NCBI GenBank assembly: GCA_038056395.1
Contig: JBBUFS010000004.1
Coordinates: 884 to 64,883 of the forward strand
Length of the DNA: 64,000 nt
DNA from: Patescibacteria group bacterium
GTDB taxonomy: Bacteria; Patescibacteriota; Minisyncoccia; Phycocordibacterales; WO2-35-19
Reading direction: 5' to 3'
Shown: positions 9,201-14,625 of the stretch, piece after piece
How positions within the stretch are numbered: position 1 is the stretch's first letter
Layout of the letters: every line of letters starts with the position of its first letter
Translations under genes and position numbers: made by a program
The notes under the pieces: model-generated
The model's input: only the letters and a program-made list of their open reading frames with translations
Told to the model about the DNA's origin: nothing
The model's database searches: none

Positions 9201-11314
9201 GTTTTTAGAGGATATTTTGTGCGGACAAAATACGGATGAACAGCGGTAGTGCGTATGCTTTTGCCGGTAATAGTAGTAATCTTGTATAAATCCTTGATTC
9301 CCATATCCATCAAAGCGTTCACTCGCGACCAAATCAGCTTGCCTGTAATCTGGTCCATTGATTGAATCTCGTCTCCCGGCTCCACATCTTTGATCATCAC
9401 TTCATCATAAATGTATGCCCCTTTGCGTCTTCTCCTTCTCCTTAGTTTTGTGTCTGCCGTCACACAATGCGTCCCGACCGCAAATCCTCCGGCCGGACTT
9501 GTGGTTGCCACCCCCACCAATCCGTTTGCTGTAATAGTCAGAGCAGCCAGGGTAGAAGTGGCTGTGCCGTCAATAGTGGTGGTGGCGAAGTATAGATTAC
9601 CGCCTGCATTCCTCATTGTCCATTGAGCCACACCCGCTCCGGCGGAAAGCGAGAGTTGAGGAGCGGTGGAGGAGGCGACAGTGAGCAAATATTGAGGAGT
9701 GGTAGTGCCAAGACCGAGATTTTTAGAATTATTGTCCCAGACAAAATTACTATCAAATGAGAGATTGCCGCCGTTTGTCCAAAAAGCAGCCCTGTTTGCC
9801 GCGCCACTACCGGTCAGGCCGGCGCCCAGACCGAGGCAGGTGCCATCCATAGCGAAACAACCGTCAGAAATATCAAATCCTCCGGCTGATGTGGTAGTGC
9901 CGGTGCCATTGATAGCTAAATTGCCGCTAAAAGTAGAGGTGGCCGTGGAGGTGCCGGTAAAGTAGGCGCCAACAATTTGTCCCGCCACCGAAAGACTGGC
10001 GTATGGAGAAGTGGTGCCTATACCAAAATTAGTGCCGTCAAAAACAAAACCATCAGTATCGGTCAGGGCAGTGCCAAGCGCATTAGTGTGAATAATCCTG
10101 TTTGCTGTAAAAGCTGATGGCGTATCAGTGAGGGCCAGATAAGTGGAAGCTCCGGAACTGCTTGAGCTGCTAGAAGAACTAGAAGAACTGCCGGCTCTGC
10201 CAACAATTACATCATTTTGTCTGGATATATAATATCTGTTTACATTCGGCGCCAGAGGCGAAATCAAAAACCAATTTTTTAATTCTGCAATTTTAAAATC
10301 TACATATTCTTTGTCAGAGCCAGCCACAAAAACCGTTTTAGCTATTCTTCCTTCTTCTTCTGTTGTAAGAGAGGGTTGGAGTGAGTTATTTGAAATATTA
10401 TTTTCAACAATAATAGTTCCTCCATCTTTCAAAAACCAGGGCCTCACTATTTTATAAGCAGTATCTTTCATCCATCCAGAAATAGATTGCCATCCATCGA
10501 CAGAAAACAAAGAAGAAGCAAGTTGATTACTGCTTTGGTTTACATTTGAAATATTCTCTTTAAATTTTGAAAAATCATTTTGAAATTTATTTATATAAGG
10601 ACTATACAAAAAAGATATTTCTTCCTTGACTTGACCTCCAAAATGAGTTGGGATTGGATTTTTGAAATTTTCTTTACCAAAAATAAAGACTCCTGTAAGC
10701 AATAAAACAAGGGTAATAACGCTGGTATTTATAACAAACTTATCAAAGCTAGACCTCTTTGGGGACCTTTTTATCGCTTCCTCAACACCACTCAGAGCAA
10801 TGTATCTTGCCGTCCTTATATCAAATTTTTTTTCTAAAACCGGAAATAATTCTTTATCATCCTTATAATACAAGGGTTTTATCTCTCCGACATCTCGGGT
10901 ACTCGAGATACGCGATTTTACCTTTTTTTCCGTCAGTAATTCCCTTGGTAAAAAGGAGTCCTCCGAAACCATATTGTCGTCAAATACAGCAACTTTTTCC
11001 CACTTACTTTTTTCTTTATTTTTATCTTTTTCTTCTTCTAGATTTTCAACCTGATTCTCTGATTTTATCTCTAGACCATTTTTTTTTAGCCGGCGAGTTT
11101 TGAGAGTTTTCTTATGGGTTAGTAGATTTTTATTTTTATGATCCAAAATTTCATTTTCCAAAACATACCAGCTTCTACCAACCAAACTAGCAGTGATTTT
11201 TTTTGCTCTGCAAAGTTGTCCGATATAATCACTGGCATAACCAGTGATGTCAGCAGCTCGGCTTGCCGAGATGTATTTTTTACCTTTCAAATAAAGAGAC
11301 TTATTCACACACAT
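287..11314 (-). CDS. Giant (3675 aa precursor, about 2471 aa after splicing) membrane-anchored surface repeat protein interrupted by three inteins. It has an N-terminal HTH_17/excisionase-like segment, one TM helix, long Gly/Thr/Ser-rich beta-repeats (NVGIGTTxP...L.V.G; tail-fibre / Chlorovirus-glycoprotein-like) and a Pro/Thr/Glu-rich C-terminal tail
   Basis: Single uninterrupted ORF. TM segment FVINTSVITLVLLLTGVFIFG. Repeated modules GNVGIGTTTPQYRLTVASSTSLTDGAGVAQWITRNAGGNLYFATTT recur at least 5 times. Three Hint domains carry all intein blocks. C-terminus is ...TPEPIVEPAP. Confidence 0.8.
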   Translation of the reverse strand: MCVNKSLYLKGKKYISASRAADITGYASDYIGQLCRAKKITASLVGRSWYVLENEILDHKNKNLLTHKKTLKTRRLKKNGLEIKSENQVENLEEEKDKNKEKSKWEKVAVFDDNMVSEDSFLPRELLTEKKVKSRISSTRDVGEIKPLYYKDDKELFPVLEKKFDIRTARYIALSGVEEAIKRSPKRSSFDKFVINTSVITLVLLLTGVFIFGKENFKNPIPTHFGGQVKEEISFLYSPYINKFQNDFSKFKENISNVNQSSNQLASSLFSVDGWQSISGWMKDTAYKIVRPWFLKDGGTIIVENNISNNSLQPSLTTEEEGRIAKTVFVAGSDKEYVDFKIAELKNWFLISPLAPNVNRYYISRQNDVIVGRAGSSSSSSSSSSSSGASTYLALTDTPSAFTANRIIHTNALGTALTDTDGFVFDGTNFGIGTTSPYASLSVAGQIVGAYFTGTSTATSTFSGNLAINGTGTTTSAGGFDISDGCFAMDGTCLGLGAGLTGSGAANRAAFWTNGGNLSFDSNFVWDNNSKNLGLGTTTPQYLLTVASSTAPQLSLSAGAGVAQWTMRNAGGNLYFATTTIDGTATSTLAALTITANGLVGVATTSPAGGFAVGTHCVTADTKLRRRRRRKGAYIYDEVMIKDVEPGDEIQSMDQITGKLIWSRVNALMDMGIKDLYKITTITGKSIRTTAVHPYFVRTKYPLKTNQKLYKFEADQSVKIENFNHDTVISVANQENSISVVIPREIKQNFKKRFKKSGKLYAILFAIGIKEALLKLKSTVHELVIDTEYIGHDKIIASIIKNQFADIEIHFAPIGKKSPAHFAAWGVHIGKKKADEKVGADATALLAQTENALRATVFSHKDESLVGSRALLESKYSKSENLVKDGVWRVAGDLRVGESVAVIHGERAAWEKVIEIKRLPAEKVYDIEVEGTHNFVGNDIIAHNTYLGGNLTVEGSASIPKLSNLTANGFVYTAGNDGTLNVAASSSIFGFTPLSSYDAWTHPLLGLSATTSQILIGTTTAASYQLTVSSSTSPQLSLSAGAGIGQWTFRNAGGNLYFATTTITGEATTTISALEIAGGGFGTTTIRGLDIIGQATSTSNVGINLSAGCFAINGICAGTGAGSVGASTLQGQVPFYDSVGTTLTATSSLFIAQSGNVGIGTTSPYSLLSISNNLNTAINTPLFTIASTTGGTATSTLFTVLANGNVGIRTASPIYPLEVNGSARVVTNLYIGTSGDYLNRSSSDYIGVSNKFFITSGGVANVPALAILGTGTGLFSPAANVLGFVTNQVERMRITSSGNVGIGTTTPQYRLTVASSTALTDGAGVAQWVTRNAGGNLYFATTTVDGTATSSIEALSIIGATGNVGIASSSPWAQLSINPTGILGPAFAIGSTTQCVTGDTRLRRRRRRNSKFKTRNSKQIPNPNDPNSKLSDFGFSASDLDTEYVYDNPTILDIEEGDEVQSLDTKTGKLVWSKVKQVVYTGKKEIYKLTTASGKSIRTTSEHPYFTQTKPEKLPVKPKLGVFYDNSNMFYAQKKAGWKIDFAKLKKELSKFFDLQFINFYTAIPKEGDESREKTLKYISFVEPYVNLITKPLKYIKTNKEINGKMAEVMEKKGDMDVELTLDVTETAKNLDAILVVSGDSDLLPLKKYSINKGKKIAFAGFENNMAWELRQILHINIDDYQNDLNLYQNTANGADKKQAPSTGLGVALLDTLYSKPPSLSSGGVWTKVKGLKEGQKIAVSGNKRSVWDVISKIEIMPEEKVYDIEIENTHNFVANGIVAHNTSFVVTNQGKTGVGTTTPFARLGIETQAGDIWGFAVGSSTKSLLSVSTEGFGTTTLAGLDISATATTTSNVGINLSAGCFAINNNCVGGGSGVSTFLALTDTDQTGFTANRIIHTNSGGNGLTDTDGFVFNGNLGIGTTSPLAKLSVSSYSDGASVVPLFVVASSTGASATSTYFIINSVGNVGVGTESPGLTTGVNKSLTISAGASENVLSSLELQGSRTTNTSFALIDFYHQTNRVASIASARAGADDAGALAFQTKPTGGAIATRMLIDSSGQIGIGTTTPQYRLTVASSTSLTDGAGVAQWITRNAGGNLYFATTTITGEATTTTSALTIIGATGNVGIASSSPWAQLSINPTGILGPAFAIGSTTQCVTGDTLLKIRRRRRKKYTDSDGEEFETDEYESLFVPIKDILPGDEVLSLNQKTGQFEYHIINGLLDTGVRTVYRLTTESGRYIETTGTHPYLVREKIGRPKSGAMAFIDYANIKSWLVKRGLTMNLEILIRTLKKIGIYDTRFYYGTDERNLNQPSFFNFLKKAGYSIITKPVQYFKISLSDLLDNDQNSRWLKACGEKIRNSILSEAKRLDDQGIELLEPKANFDVEIATDALRLAEDFNTLVLFSGDGDFAPLIKDLNALGKKVVIIAGRENLSGALTSLAHKYILLSRLGWTIEGLFQKIIGDKNSYKKPYPAPKTERGRGECVPSIANLFGLSSVSTDSNVDKKSILKWALNKVGIRIERNSPQIKDSWVKTSDLKEGQEIAVIETQTINHDEGKLQSLENNLNFEKIKKIEKLEEKQVYDIEVEGTHNFVAGHLKYKKSGKILSLEEEQKLLKKYNNDLRSMEFEHEWNDDPIEFGGIIAHNTSFVVTNGGNVGIGTANPLQKLHVNGTFLVGTPSVQSGAAAEIFGAYGTAQGDARSQLLVRSNSSDGAGISLGNSSAYNLAGIRAIRTSDTVTALIFWNRGGEDPVERMRINSQGNVGIGTTTMSSIARLTVASSTSLTDGAGIAQWITRNAGGNLYFATTTVDGTATTTTSALTIIGATGNVGIGATSSPYATLSVHAGAGMDSFIIGSSTNTFFRVNHLGDIWMSTSTATTTIVGGLDVGNGAITYDWSTGETAIDNLVLGAQSFDSDAGIVSWADMPVTSSASAGTIESYSASIDGLPLLTLYSESDGSGDTKNEGIAIGTSTPYARLTIWASSTAQDLLNIVNSASTTLLALNSAGNLGIGSTTPGYKMSVAGSGYFDGGTVTMANLIATSSISTPSLTLTGAAVNSLLSTNASGAIVATSTPTFGNFNATSTIATSTIAGGLAIEGSGFVYDFSSNNVGIGTAAPGALFSLQGAGTAKDLLTIASSSISGNIITISQWGGFTQKISSSTAFSIQMASGTPVFEVDTTAGSTNAGVDITAATGQTANLLNMYSSGGTFLSGFTAEGGLWMNLSSTTALNLYDGLGAAAFVVDSTNSAVGIGTSTLAYDFTVQGNQASTYIARIDNANTGADADGLLITLGVANASRTTGNYFVAFADGTQTVGGKIQGNGASVVAFTTSAADMAEYFRISDLNNKPKFGEIVALDRTKDKSVVRAGSVSQGGTLGNAPKVPPWEAEPLGIVSTNPGFIGNGPICFVNDADCDQNYNQYNVLVSIAGQVPVKISNENGAIEIGDYLALSSTTPGVAVKMIESGYIVGVAVGGATSTAFYTPESDTASSTSYTEETVMAYIKSGWREVESAKTLVSADGASVMDVPSKWFGLFEFLKQIGMEIGNGFVKITKLITGSLVADKVETKELCIDNVCVNKEQLAAMIASSGIAPAPTATTTPDTTPPTIEEPTPSTDSGQAASTTPPIIEEPIATTTPNSAEASLGKPEIIPEPIPEPVPVTEPPLETPSAVVEPTPEPIVEPAP
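3392..4855 (-). mobile_element. Intein 3 (488 aa); CVTGDTLL...TTGTHPYL...VYDIEVEGTHNFVAG-(40 aa insert)-GGIIAHN | T(+1); contains an NYN/LabA-like nuclease domain
   Basis: Terminal Asn codon at 3394-3392 (frame-consistent). Cys1 codon maps to about 4855-4852; my by-eye indexing here is uncertain by +/-1 nt. Exteins ...AIGSTTQ | TSFVVTNGGNVGIG; same insertion site as intein 2. Confidence 0.75.
3956..4546 (-). other. NYN/LabA-like nuclease domain inside intein 3
   Basis: AMAFIDYANIKSW (FIDxxN), ANFDVEIATDALRLAED, LVLFSGDGDFAPLIKDLNALGKKVVIIAG. All three acidic motifs are conserved. Confidence 0.6.
5969..7132 (-). mobile_element. Intein 2 (388 aa); CVTGDTRL...TTSEHPYF...VYDIEIENTHNFVANGIVAHN | T(+1); contains an NYN/LabA-like nuclease domain
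   Basis: Cys1 codon at 7132-7130, terminal Asn codon at 5971-5969; both frame-consistent with the host ORF. Flanking exteins are ...AIGSTTQ | TSFVVTNQGKTGVGTTTP. Confidence 0.8.
6278..6769 (-). other. NYN/LabA-like (PIN-fold) nuclease domain inside intein 2
   Basis: The three NYN signature motifs appear in order: LGVFYDNSNM (FxDxxN), GDMDVELTLDV (acidic D-x-D/E), ILVVSGDSDLLPLKK (SGDSDxxPL) followed by GKKIAFAG. Pattern match by eye to PF01936-type proteins. Confidence 0.55.
8483..9466 (-). mobile_element. Intein 1 (328 aa), residues 617-944 of the precursor; Cys1 = CVTADT, block B TTAVHPYF, block F/G VYDIEVEGTHNFVGNDIIAHN | T(+1); carries a roughly 170-aa insert of unknown type
   Basis: Codons mapped by reverse-complementing the sequence: tgt(Cys1) at 9466-9464, aac(terminal Asn) at 8485-8483, followed by act (Thr+1). 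In frame with the host ORF. No LAGLIDADG or HNH motifs seen in the insert. Confidence 0.8.
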
Positions 11315-11341
11315 ATTATACTATCTCGGCTTGCCGAGATG
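11257..11341. promoter_or_regulatory. Two identical 17-nt copies of ctcggcttgccgagatg (11257-11273 and 11325-11341). Each is a 6-bp-stem hairpin, and they flank the start codon of the giant gene (ATG at 11314-11312)
   Basis: Exact duplicate read from the sequence: one copy 11 nt upstream of the ATG (mRNA sense), one in codons 14-19. Lies inside the divergent promoter region shared with the HTH gene at 11627. Confidence 0.4.
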
Positions 11342-11512
11342 AATAAAAAAGGTGGGGATAATTTAAAATAAATTTAAAATTTTTAGTTTCTAATTTTCAA
11401 ACAATTTCTAATTTCAAAATATCATATTAAATTACTAACAAAACAGACATTGGTTAATCAATGTATAATCAGCTATTTATTCATTAATAAATAATAAATT
11501 TTAAATTAAAAA

Positions 11513-11548
11513 AATTCTTAAAACTCTTATTAAAGAGTTTTAAGAATT
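11513..11548. promoter_or_regulatory. Perfect 36-nt palindrome aattcttaaaactctt-atta-aagagttttaagaatt in the divergent intergenic region
   Basis: 16-nt arms are exact reverse complements. Located between the giant gene start and the HTH gene start. Confidence 0.4.
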
Positions 11549-11564
11549 ATCCACATTACTAAAC

Positions 11565-11594
11565 TTGCATATTTATTCACAATTATATTATAAT
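11565..11594 (+). promoter_or_regulatory. Sigma70-like promoter candidate TTGCAT-18 nt-TATAAT about 33 nt upstream of the HTH gene
   Basis: ttgcat at 11565-11570, tataat at 11589-11594; very AT-rich surroundings, so specificity is limited. Confidence 0.3.
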
Positions 11595-11626
11595 GTTTAT
11601 ATAGGTTTAATAATGTTTAATTTTTA

Positions 11627-11890
11627 TTGATTTTAAATAATAATATGAATAAATATATAACAATTAAAGACGCTTCTAATATATTAGGTATGTCTAAGAT
11701 CACCCTTAGAAATTGGGACAAGTCCGGCAAGCTCAAGGCCCACCGCCATCCCTTTAATAATTACAGAGTCTATAAATTGGAGGACATTGACAAAGTATTG
11801 GAAATGATTGAGAGTAATATTTTCATCATAAAAAAGAAAAAGAATGAGATTCGCAAGTTGGCTGTTCGCCACTTAGAAGAAAATCAGTAG
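11627..11890 (+). CDS. Small HTH DNA-binding protein, MerR/excisionase (HTH_17) type
   Basis: MNKYITIKDASNILGMSKITLRNWDKSGKLKAHRHPFNNYRVYKLEDIDKV matches the HTH_17 pattern (ylt.keaaellgvs..tl..w...Gkl.a.r.g..rry..edl). Divergent from the giant gene, whose N-terminus carries a similar segment. Confidence 0.6.
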   Translation: MILNNNMNKYITIKDASNILGMSKITLRNWDKSGKLKAHRHPFNNYRVYKLEDIDKVLEMIESNIFIIKKKKNEIRKLAVRHLEENQ

Positions 11891-12399
11891 AGAAAGAGTG
11901 AAAGAAAAAAAGTAAATTTTTCTAAACAATTAGGTAATTTAAATAAAAAAAATATGGTTTTAAAATTATTGGATTTTAGTTTTTAGATATTCCATTTCAG
12001 TTTCAGAAAATACAACAAAACTTTTAATCAAAATTCATCTTCCTTTCTTATTTTTCCCTTCTTTTTTATTTTAAGTGCGGCATAATTAGATTGCTAATTT
12101 GCTGTGATTTTTTTATATAATGAACCAATTCAGATTTTATTTCTTTATAGATTCTCTACAAATTTGATTTTGAAGCAAAAACTTCCTTCTCTCTCCGATC
12201 AAATAAGATTAAACCTTTTGCAAAATTATAAAGAAGATTTCTTTTTTTATTCCAATTGGTCCAATATTAAACAAAAGACTAGCTGGCACAATAATTGGAT
12301 TTTAAATTAGCTCAATCTTACATAAAAAACTACATTTAATAACACCGCTATACAACATTTTCTATATAACATTTTACAATATTTCTATACAAAAATCTA

Positions 12400-12443
12400 T
12401 ACTAAACGCTCAGCGTCTAATATTAGACGCTGAGCGTTTAGTA
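12400..12443. repeat. Perfect 40-44 nt palindrome (ctaaacgctcagcgtctaa-ta-ttagacgctgagcgtttag) immediately upstream of the Y1 transposase; candidate IS200/IS605 end hairpin or REP-like element
   Basis: 19-nt arms at 12402-12420 and 12423-12441 are exact reverse complements; GC-rich relative to surroundings. Confidence 0.6.
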
Positions 12444-12497
12444 GTTATCCACAAGATAAAAATTAAACAGGAGTCCCCTTGTTATAATAAATGCACT

Positions 12498-13151
12498 ATG
12501 AGATACGAAAATTTTGCGGAGAATGAGCACTATCATATATTTGGCAGAGGAATTAATAAAGAAAAAATATTTATTGATGAACAAGATCGAATAAGATTTA
12601 TATTTTTAATCACCCATTTCCAATCCCCTATCAAAATATATAACATATCTTGGTACACTAAGGCCTTTATTAAAAGCGGTTCTTTTAATTTTAGTGCCAA
12701 AAAGAGCGGAACAGAAGAAATACTTAAAAAAAGAAATGTTGAGCTAGTGGCTTTTGCTTTAATGCCAAATCATTTTCATATTTTGATTAAAAATTTAGAG
12801 GATCGTATCCTCTCTGTCTATATGCACCGAATCCTGACCGCTTACAGCAAATATTTTAATGCCAAGTATAATAAAAAAGGTCATGTTTTTGAAGGACCCT
12901 TCGGGGCAGTGTTGGTTGAAAATAATAATCAACTTTTGCACCTATCCGCCTATATCCACAAGAACCCAAAGGAAATTAAGGAGTGGACGAACAATTATGA
13001 TAAATATCCATATTCAAGCTATCAAGATTACATTGGTTCAAACAGATGGGGAGACCTTCTTGTCACTGATATAATCTTAAAACAATTCAAAGACTGGGTT
13101 AAATATAAGGATTTTGTTTCCACTAGTGTGGCTAAAGAGCCCTTATTTTAA
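12498..13151 (+). CDS. IS200/IS605-family Y1 (HUH) transposase / REP-associated tyrosine transposase (RayT-like)
   Basis: YHIFGRGINKEKIFIDEQDRIRF (N-terminal motif), ALMPNHFHILI (HUH motif), GHVFEGPFGAVLVENNNQLLHLSAYIHKNPKE (catalytic Tyr region, YIHxNP). The 3' end overlaps the gatB stop by 9 nt. Confidence 0.65.
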   Translation: MRYENFAENEHYHIFGRGINKEKIFIDEQDRIRFIFLITHFQSPIKIYNISWYTKAFIKSGSFNFSAKKSGTEEILKKRNVELVAFALMPNHFHILIKNLEDRILSVYMHRILTAYSKYFNAKYNKKGHVFEGPFGAVLVENNNQLLHLSAYIHKNPKEIKEWTNNYDKYPYSSYQDYIGSNRWGDLLVTDIILKQFKDWVKYKDFVSTSVAKEPLF

Positions 13152-14594
13152 GCCTGTTTGAGTGATAATTTTTTCAAAAATATCTTTAAGTTTTTGGGGA
13201 TTAGCCGAACCACCGGTAGTTTTCATTCCCTGACCAATTAAAAAATGTAGGGCCGAAGCTTTGCCACTTTTGTATTCCAAAACCACATTTTGATTTTCTG
13301 ATATTATTTTGCTTGCCACCTTGGTGAGTTCTTCCTCATTACTTTTTTGAAATAACCCCCCTTCCTCCACTATGATTTTAGGATCTCGTTCATTTTCTAT
13401 CATTTTACCAAGTATACCTTTGGCTCCACGAGAAGAAATTTCTCCAGCAACAACCATAGAGATAAGATTTGAAAGATGTTTGGGTTTTATAGAGAACCCA
13501 TTTTTGCCAAAACTCGCGATATCACTCACTATATAATTAGAGAGTAACTGAAAATCTTTTTGATCTAGATCAACTGAAGTTTCTTCAAACAAAACGCCAA
13601 ATTTGGGATAAGAAATATAAAAAATAACATCACTCTCTTTTAAGCCATAATCTTTTTTGAATCTCTCTCTTTTTTGGACTGGGGTCTCTTTTATTTCACG
13701 ACGCAAAATTTCTTCGCTAAATTCAGGGAGCTCGCTTAATTTAAGTTTAGGTAAATCAGGGTCTGAAAAATATCGGTAGTCATGGGAATCTTCTTTTGAC
13801 CTTTGTGAAAATGTTATTTGTTTTTTGTCGTCCCAACCCCTGGTCTCCTGAACCACTTTTTTTACTTCACTTCGTTCAGCGCCTTCGGTCTCTTCTAAAA
13901 GTTCAGTTTGTCTTTTAATTTCGTATTCTATGGCTCTTTCAGCAGAACGAAAGGAATTTAGGTTTTTTACTTCTACTTTAGTTCCCAATTTTTTCACCCC
14001 CACTTCGTCAAGACTTCGCGGGGCAAGTGAAATATTGGCTTCAAGCCTCATTTCTCCCTTCTCCATATTAGCTTCGGCTATCCCCAAATATTGCAAAAGA
14101 AGCTGCAGTTCTTGACCAAATTTAACAACTTCGCCGGATGAATGCATTACCGGTTCTGTCACTAGCTCCAAAAGAGGTACTCCGGCCCGATTGAAATCAA
14201 CCAAACTATTTTCGCCTTGGTGAATAGATTTGGCCGTGTCTTCTTCCAGATGAATTCTGGTTATTTTAACTCCAGCAAGTTCGCCGCCAGACACAAGCGG
14301 ATGCTTGTATTGGCTGATTTGATAACCTTTTGGTATATCCGGATAGAAATAATTTTTGCGGTCAAATTCAGAAAAATCAGCCAGTTCCCCTTTCACTGCA
14401 AGCCCTACTCTTAAAACCTGCTTGACCGCTTCTTTATTTATAACTGGCAAAGTACCAGGCTGGCCGGTGCAAATTGGGCAAATATTCACATTGGGGTTTT
14501 TTTCATCCGTATCGTTCTTGCATGAACAGAACATTTTAGTATCAGTTTTCAGTTCAGCGTGTACTTCAAGACCTATAGTGGGTTTATATTCCAT
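13143..14594 (-). CDS. gatB: Aspartyl/glutamyl-tRNA(Asn/Gln) amidotransferase subunit B
   Basis: MEYKPTIGLEVHAELKTDTKMFCSCKNDTDEKNPNVNICPICTGQPGTLPVINKEAV... is a canonical GatB N-terminus; about 480 aa. Confidence 0.9.
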   Translation of the reverse strand: MEYKPTIGLEVHAELKTDTKMFCSCKNDTDEKNPNVNICPICTGQPGTLPVINKEAVKQVLRVGLAVKGELADFSEFDRKNYFYPDIPKGYQISQYKHPLVSGGELAGVKITRIHLEEDTAKSIHQGENSLVDFNRAGVPLLELVTEPVMHSSGEVVKFGQELQLLLQYLGIAEANMEKGEMRLEANISLAPRSLDEVGVKKLGTKVEVKNLNSFRSAERAIEYEIKRQTELLEETEGAERSEVKKVVQETRGWDDKKQITFSQRSKEDSHDYRYFSDPDLPKLKLSELPEFSEEILRREIKETPVQKRERFKKDYGLKESDVIFYISYPKFGVLFEETSVDLDQKDFQLLSNYIVSDIASFGKNGFSIKPKHLSNLISMVVAGEISSRGAKGILGKMIENERDPKIIVEEGGLFQKSNEEELTKVASKIISENQNVVLEYKSGKASALHFLIGQGMKTTGGSANPQKLKDIFEKIITQTGLK

Positions 14595-14625
14595 AAATAC
14601 AGATTAGACGATTGGGTCAATAAGG

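Noticed and set aside
306-10868. Numerous plus-strand ORFs of 60-177 aa inside the giant gene region (e.g. 306..839, 1220..1663, 5298..5660, 6282..6635, 9699..9965)
   Set aside because: All are antisense to, or out of frame with, the single uninterrupted 3675-aa ORF. They have Gly/Ala/Pro/Val-rich low-complexity translations typical of repeat DNA read in the wrong frame.
287-11314. Possibility that the Hint domains are bacterial intein-like (BIL) domains, which do occur in variable surface proteins
   Set aside because: All three have Cys1, block B TxxH, block F/G ...THNFVAN...HN and a Thr +1 nucleophile with intact extein repeat continuity. BIL domains lack this full set and are much smaller.
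11312-11350. TATAAT directly abutting the giant gene ATG as a -10 box or leaderless start
   Set aside because: Spacing (0 nt to the ATG) is incompatible with a -10 element for that start; likely coincidental in AT-rich DNA.
12104-12310. 68-aa plus-strand ORF in the AT-rich spacer before the transposase
   Set aside because: Low-complexity Leu/Asn/Ile translation from AT-rich DNA, no start context, no motif.
12400-13151. A complete IS200/IS605 element with both ends and tnpB
   Set aside because: Only tnpA (Y1) and a left-side hairpin are visible. No TnpB/IscB ORF and no matching right-end hairpin; the 3' end runs into gatB. Reported as a Y1 transposase with an adjacent palindrome only.
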